Source: a virus
Lineage: Duplodnaviria; Caudoviricetes
Virus record (IMG/VR): IMGVR_UViG_3300027863_000043
Coordinates: 1-57,924 of that record
Direction: 5' to 3' (one strand)
Length of the DNA: 57,924 nucleotides
In this document: positions 54,343 to 57,924 of the stretch, one piece after another
Layout: every line of letters begins with the position of its first letter
Position numbering within the stretch: the stretch's first letter is position 1
Notes under the pieces: generated by a model
What the model saw: the letters and a program-made list of their open reading frames with translations, nothing else
What the model was told of the DNA's origin: nothing
Database searches by the model: none
Position numbers and translations under genes: made by a program

Positions 54343-54375
54343 GATGATTCCTCCTTGTGCGCTCGATGGCGCGAG

Positions 54376-54633
54376 TTATTCGACAGTCTCCGGCCAGTGC
54401 CAGGAGTGCGGTTCGTGGGCCTCTGAGTAGTGGACGGATGTATACCATCCACCCTCGTTCGGTGCGTCGTTGGTTTCATCGGTGAAAGCCTGTAGGTTGA
54501 CGTGCACGTCATCCCACACGCGGACGATGAGGGCGGGACGGTGAGGATGCACTCTCTCGTTCTTGGCGTAGTCGTACTCCGATGCGTGAGGCAACACAAA
54601 GTGGACGATGCGACCGACAGATGGCTTCGGCAT
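54376..54633 (-). CDS. Small conserved phage protein
   Basis: 'PSVGRIVHF...RPALIVRVW...VNLQ.F.D...WHWPE'; GGGAGG RBS. Confidence 0.7.
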   Translation of the reverse strand: MPKPSVGRIVHFVLPHASEYDYAKNERVHPHRPALIVRVWDDVHVNLQAFTDETNDAPNEGGWYTSVHYSEAHEPHSWHWPETVE

Positions 54634-54721
54634 CGACGAGTCCTCCCTATTGTTTGTTTGTTTGCGACGACGTGTATGGGTGAACGGGGGGAGTTGCCCG
54701 GTGTGTCAGGCGATGGCCGTG

Positions 54722-55483
54722 TCAGGCTTTGACGACCTGTGCGTGCCAGTGGTGCACCAGCGTGATGTCCTTGGCGGCGGCCTCGGCTTTGACCTCGGAC
54801 GGGAACCAGCCGACGACAACATTCCAGTGCTGTTCGGGAGGCGGAGCGGGCTTCGGCGGATCAACCGGATACCATCCGGGTGCCACGTACACTTGGTCGA
54901 CATCCACATCTACGCCGTCCACCTTGGTACTAACCACGTTTTGATACAGGTCGGCGTGCGCGAAGATGCGACCGCCGGACCACGCGATGGTCTGCCAGAA
55001 CTTCTGGACCCCGCTCTTCGCGGCCGCGCTCGACAGGTACTCAAGGACAGGCAGACCACCATAGGCCCCGAGCTCGAAGTGACCGCTCAGCACCCTCCCC
55101 GCTTCCGTGAAGTAGGCGTCCGCCGCCGCGAAGTCCTCCGGCGTGTAGGCGTCGTAGTCCACGCTGAAGTACACCGCGATCTCTGGCGACGGCTTGACGC
55201 CAAGCCATGAGAGCTCGGTTAGCGCGTCGGTCGCGTCCTGCTTGCCCTGCGCGGCGGTGAAGTAGGCGCGAGACGTGCTGTTGCCCTCCCAATTGAACAC
55301 GACCTTGAGTCCGGCTTGCGTGATCTCATGCAGCTCCTCCGGCGTGATGCCCTTGCCCCACTCGGGGTGAGTCTTGGCACCGAGATACCGACACACGCCG
55401 TCGACGCCAGAGCGTTTGAGCGCGAGCGCCTCCGCGCGGATGAGCGGCGAGAAGCAGTCAACGAATTTGGCGATGGGATTCAT
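54722..55483 (-). CDS. Endolysin (DUF1906 glycoside hydrolase + SPOR-like domain)
   Basis: 'GVCRYL','E...I.QAGL','G.QDA..A','VYFSVDYD','GAYGG','WQTIAWSGG','VDVD'; GAGGAGG RBS. Confidence 0.85.
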   Translation of the reverse strand: MNPIAKFVDCFSPLIRAEALALKRSGVDGVCRYLGAKTHPEWGKGITPEELHEITQAGLKVVFNWEGNSTSRAYFTAAQGKQDATDALTELSWLGVKPSPEIAVYFSVDYDAYTPEDFAAADAYFTEAGRVLSGHFELGAYGGLPVLEYLSSAAAKSGVQKFWQTIAWSGGRIFAHADLYQNVVSTKVDGVDVDVDQVYVAPGWYPVDPPKPAPPPEQHWNVVVGWFPSEVKAEAAAKDITLVHHWHAQVVKA

Positions 55484-55524
55484 GCGGGATCTTCCTCCTC
55501 TCACATTCACAAGCGCTTGGTAAC

Positions 55525-55944
55525 TTAGCGAGATTGTGGCGTGGACGCCTTGCGAGTGTTCTCCGCGTCGGCCTCTCGTTTGAGCAGTTCCAGGATGATG
55601 ATTTGATTCGCCGCAATCTGCCGGATGAGCGGGATTTCGTCGTCGTGCGCCTCGGCCAGCGCTAGGATGGCGAGTATCTGAGCGCGCTCCCGCTCCTGCT
55701 TGGCCTCCTCCGTTTGCGCGGCCTGGTTCTGGGCGATCATGATGACGGACCCTTGTACGGCGGCGACGAGCGAGAGGAAAAGGTTGAGGATGATCGTCGT
55801 GGGGTCGAAGTTCAGGTGATGGCGGGCGGCCCAGGACGTGTGGTTCCAAGCGATTTCTGCGAGGCAACCCGCTAGGAAAACGCCCATGAACCGCCACGTC
55901 GCCATGGAACGGGTGATGCGATAGGCCACAGATACCTTCGGCAT
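55525..55944 (-). CDS. DUF1003 membrane protein (holin candidate)
   Basis: 'FDP..IILNLFLS..AAVQG.VIMIAQN'. Confidence 0.8.
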   Translation of the reverse strand: MPKVSVAYRITRSMATWRFMGVFLAGCLAEIAWNHTSWAARHHLNFDPTTIILNLFLSLVAAVQGSVIMIAQNQAAQTEEAKQERERAQILAILALAEAHDDEIPLIRQIAANQIIILELLKREADAENTRKASTPQSR

Positions 55945-55948
55945 CCGA

Positions 55949-56341
55949 TCACCCCTTGAAGATGAGATACTCGACTAGCCAGCCCATAGCCGCCAGCAAC
56001 ACGCCGATAAGGGGACCGACCCACGTGGGCGGTGTCTCGCGGACTTCCTTGACGGCCGAATCAATTTTCGACTCCACCCGACGGACGGTTGTGACCGCAT
56101 TGTCGAGCCGCTCGGAGTTGAGACTGTCGCGTTCCTTCGCCGCCGTGTCGAGGTTGGTGATGCGCTCCTGCAGGTCCACCTTGACGTCGCGCAGGCGCTG
56201 CTCGTGCTTGGAGTCGAGGCCGGAAATGGCTTGCAGGGTTGTCACCTGCATGTCTTCAATCTTCTTGATCCGCGCCGAGTGGTCTTGTAGTTTCTCGCCG
56301 TGGTCTTCCAGCTTTTCCTTGATTTCTTCAATCGGGTCCAA
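55949..56341 (-). CDS. Coiled-coil protein with C-terminal TM helix (XhlA-like lysis protein)
   Basis: Heptad pattern plus a hydrophobic C-terminus. Confidence 0.6.
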   Translation of the reverse strand: MDPIEEIKEKLEDHGEKLQDHSARIKKIEDMQVTTLQAISGLDSKHEQRLRDVKVDLQERITNLDTAAKERDSLNSERLDNAVTTVRRVESKIDSAVKEVRETPPTWVGPLIGVLLAAMGWLVEYLIFKG

Positions 56342-56356
56342 CCGTCCCCTACCTCC

Positions 56357-56869
56357 CTACTTTTCCGGCCACACCTGGTATGGCTTAGCTAACCGCCACA
56401 GGTCCTCGGGGCTAGGCGGCGGCCACTGCGGCACGGCCCACCGCGCGCGGTTGGCGAAGTCGGCGGCGAGCGTGGAGCAGAACGGCCAGCGCGTGTCGGC
56501 CCATGCGATGAGCCAGCGCGGCAGGTGGACGTACCCGCGCGAGAGGTCCCGCAATCCCTGATCGACGACGCCGAGCCAACCATAGAAGCGCCCCAGCTGG
56601 CGCTGCAGCCACGCGATGGCGAGGGGAAGCTTGGCGGTGTCATACGGCGGTCGACACACGACGCCTGCGCCGTAGTCGATGGACGCGCGCACGGTGCGCC
56701 ACCCTGCCGCCTCGATCTTGTCGTAGCGTCCCACAGCGATAGCGACGTGGTACGGGTCAGTACCTGGGCCATCCTCCAGGTGCTCGCCAATCTCGATGAG
56801 ACGAGGGCCGAGTCCGGTGGGGTGAAAATAAAACAGCAGGTCGCCAGGCTGGCACCAGAAACCGGGCAT
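56357..56869 (-). CDS. Permuted papain-like (NlpC/P60, YiiX-type) amidase
   Basis: 'PGDLLF', 'YHVAIAVG', 'IEA', 'LGRFY', 'FCSTLA', 'SPEDL'. Confidence 0.8.
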   Translation of the reverse strand: MPGFWCQPGDLLFYFHPTGLGPRLIEIGEHLEDGPGTDPYHVAIAVGRYDKIEAAGWRTVRASIDYGAGVVCRPPYDTAKLPLAIAWLQRQLGRFYGWLGVVDQGLRDLSRGYVHLPRWLIAWADTRWPFCSTLAADFANRARWAVPQWPPPSPEDLWRLAKPYQVWPEK

Positions 56870-56895
56870 GGGATCGCTCCTTTCGTGGACATAAG

Positions 56896-56923
56896 AAAAA
56901 GACCACCTCCATCCGAGGTGGTC
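56896..56923 (-). terminator. Intrinsic terminator
   Basis: GACCACCTC/GAGGTGGTC hairpin with T-tract on the minus strand. Confidence 0.75.
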
Positions 56924-56945
56924 GGGTGTGTGGTGTCTGGTGGAA

Positions 56946-57215
56946 TCAGCGCCAAGCCGCTAGCTCGGACGCGAACGCCAATTCGGTGTCCGACTCAGGC
57001 AATGCGACCACGGACCCGATCAGGTTGTTCCGCAGAAACGCGAGTGCCCACGCGACCTGTGCGTACGTCAATGTACTCCCCTTCGAGTCTTTGCACGCGG
57101 ACGCAATGGCGGATATCTGCGTGGGGGACGATAGCGACGCGACGTATTGCGCGACGGTTTGCGCGAACCCATCTGCCATCCACGCCTGCTGGATAGGCTC
57201 TGTCACGAGGACCAT
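56946..57215 (-). CDS. Hypothetical protein
   Basis: TAATG-coupled to the upstream gene. Confidence 0.6.
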   Translation of the reverse strand: MVLVTEPIQQAWMADGFAQTVAQYVASLSSPTQISAIASACKDSKGSTLTYAQVAWALAFLRNNLIGSVVALPESDTELAFASELAAWR

Positions 57216-57829
57216 TACAGCACCTCCACAACGTCAACCGTCAAAACTCCGCTAGGGGGTGGCGTAGCTCCGGTAGTTACCTTGACGAGTAGTGTGTCGC
57301 CCAACTGTTGGAGCTGGTTGGCGTCGTTCGAGTCGAACGTAGCGAAATACCTACTGGCGATATTGGCGATGGCGCTTGTGAAGTCCATAAATCGGGAGTG
57401 GTTGATAATGGCCGTTACATCTTGACCCGCTGTGACTCCGCCCAGCCACGACGATAGCTGGACAGCCAGCGCCACGGAGACGTAATCTCCGACCGGAGAT
57501 TCAGTTTGAGAATCGCCAAGCACGCCTAGACCGACTTTGCGGTTGGTACACCCAATCGTCAAAATGGGGAAGGCAAAGACGTAGGAGGTACTGGCGCTAG
57601 GGATCTGCGTGTAACTGATGGTCTGCGTGGGATGGGTGATGACTTGGTGTGCTGACGTGATCAGCACATAGGCCTCCCAACTAATGACCGTTATTGTGCC
57701 TGTTTCGATGCCCTGAACGTAGTTCTGCGACAGATTATCGAGTAGGATGGGCCACGTTCCAACGGAGGTAACTCCATCTTGGAGCGTCACTAATGAGCCT
57801 GTAACGCTGCGCACAGGTACAGTCGTCAC
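57215..57829 (-). CDS. Hypothetical (possibly virion-associated) protein
   Basis: AAGGAGG RBS before GTG at 57829; beta-rich. Confidence 0.6.
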   Translation of the reverse strand: MTTVPVRSVTGSLVTLQDGVTSVGTWPILLDNLSQNYVQGIETGTITVISWEAYVLITSAHQVITHPTQTISYTQIPSASTSYVFAFPILTIGCTNRKVGLGVLGDSQTESPVGDYVSVALAVQLSSWLGGVTAGQDVTAIINHSRFMDFTSAIANIASRYFATFDSNDANQLQQLGDTLLVKVTTGATPPPSGVLTVDVVEVL

Positions 57830-57924
57830 GACAAAACCTCCTTCAGTCGATAGGGTGGGGTTAGGCGCCGATGAGGGCCACACTAGGCGCGACGCTGAAT
57901 GTCACGGTGATCTGATCCGCCCGG
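57774..57924. repeat. Terminal overlap copy of 1-151
   Basis: Direct match. Confidence 0.97.

Noticed and set aside
54722-55897. 391-aa endolysin as called in the ORF track
   Set aside because: The first 138 aa overlap the DUF1003 gene; the real start is 55483 with a strong RBS

Overview
The window is an apparently complete, circularly assembled temperate myophage genome: bases 1-151 reappear at 57774-57924 with one mismatch. SigmaA-type promoters, AAGGAGG ribosome-binding sites and an ImmR/ImmA-type switch point to a GC-rich Bacillota host. Minus-strand modules: (a) the early/replication operon, with cro, xis, a DUF2800 nuclease, a DUF2815 SSB, a family-A DNA polymerase carrying an intein, PcfK/PcfJ, DUF3102, DUF4406, an array-less type IV-B CRISPR-Cas effector cassette (csf1-cas11-csf2-csf3-microORF-cysH), a VirE primase-helicase, origin repeats, VRR-NUC, SNF2 and an ArpU-like regulator; (b) a second XerC-like recombinase with its own dif-like site; (c) packaging and head genes, including portal-MuF and protease-scaffold-capsid fusions; (d) contractile tail, baseplate and fibre genes; (e) lysis genes. 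Plus-strand modules: repressor-ImmA-integrase, an attP matching the 3' half of tRNA-Ala(UGC), and a three-gene accessory operon. Most notable: (1) the phage-borne type IV-B/CysH module with a hidden coupled 33-aa ORF and no CRISPR array; (2) a polymerase intein whose HNH homing endonuclease is encoded in an overlapping +1 frame with its own SD; (3) a complete type II hammerhead ribozyme in the accessory operon; (4) an in-frame TGA inside SNF2 motif I (DMGLG*GKT) that a 6-nt ribosomal hop would repair exactly. All product calls come from motif and synteny recognition by eye; no database search was run.
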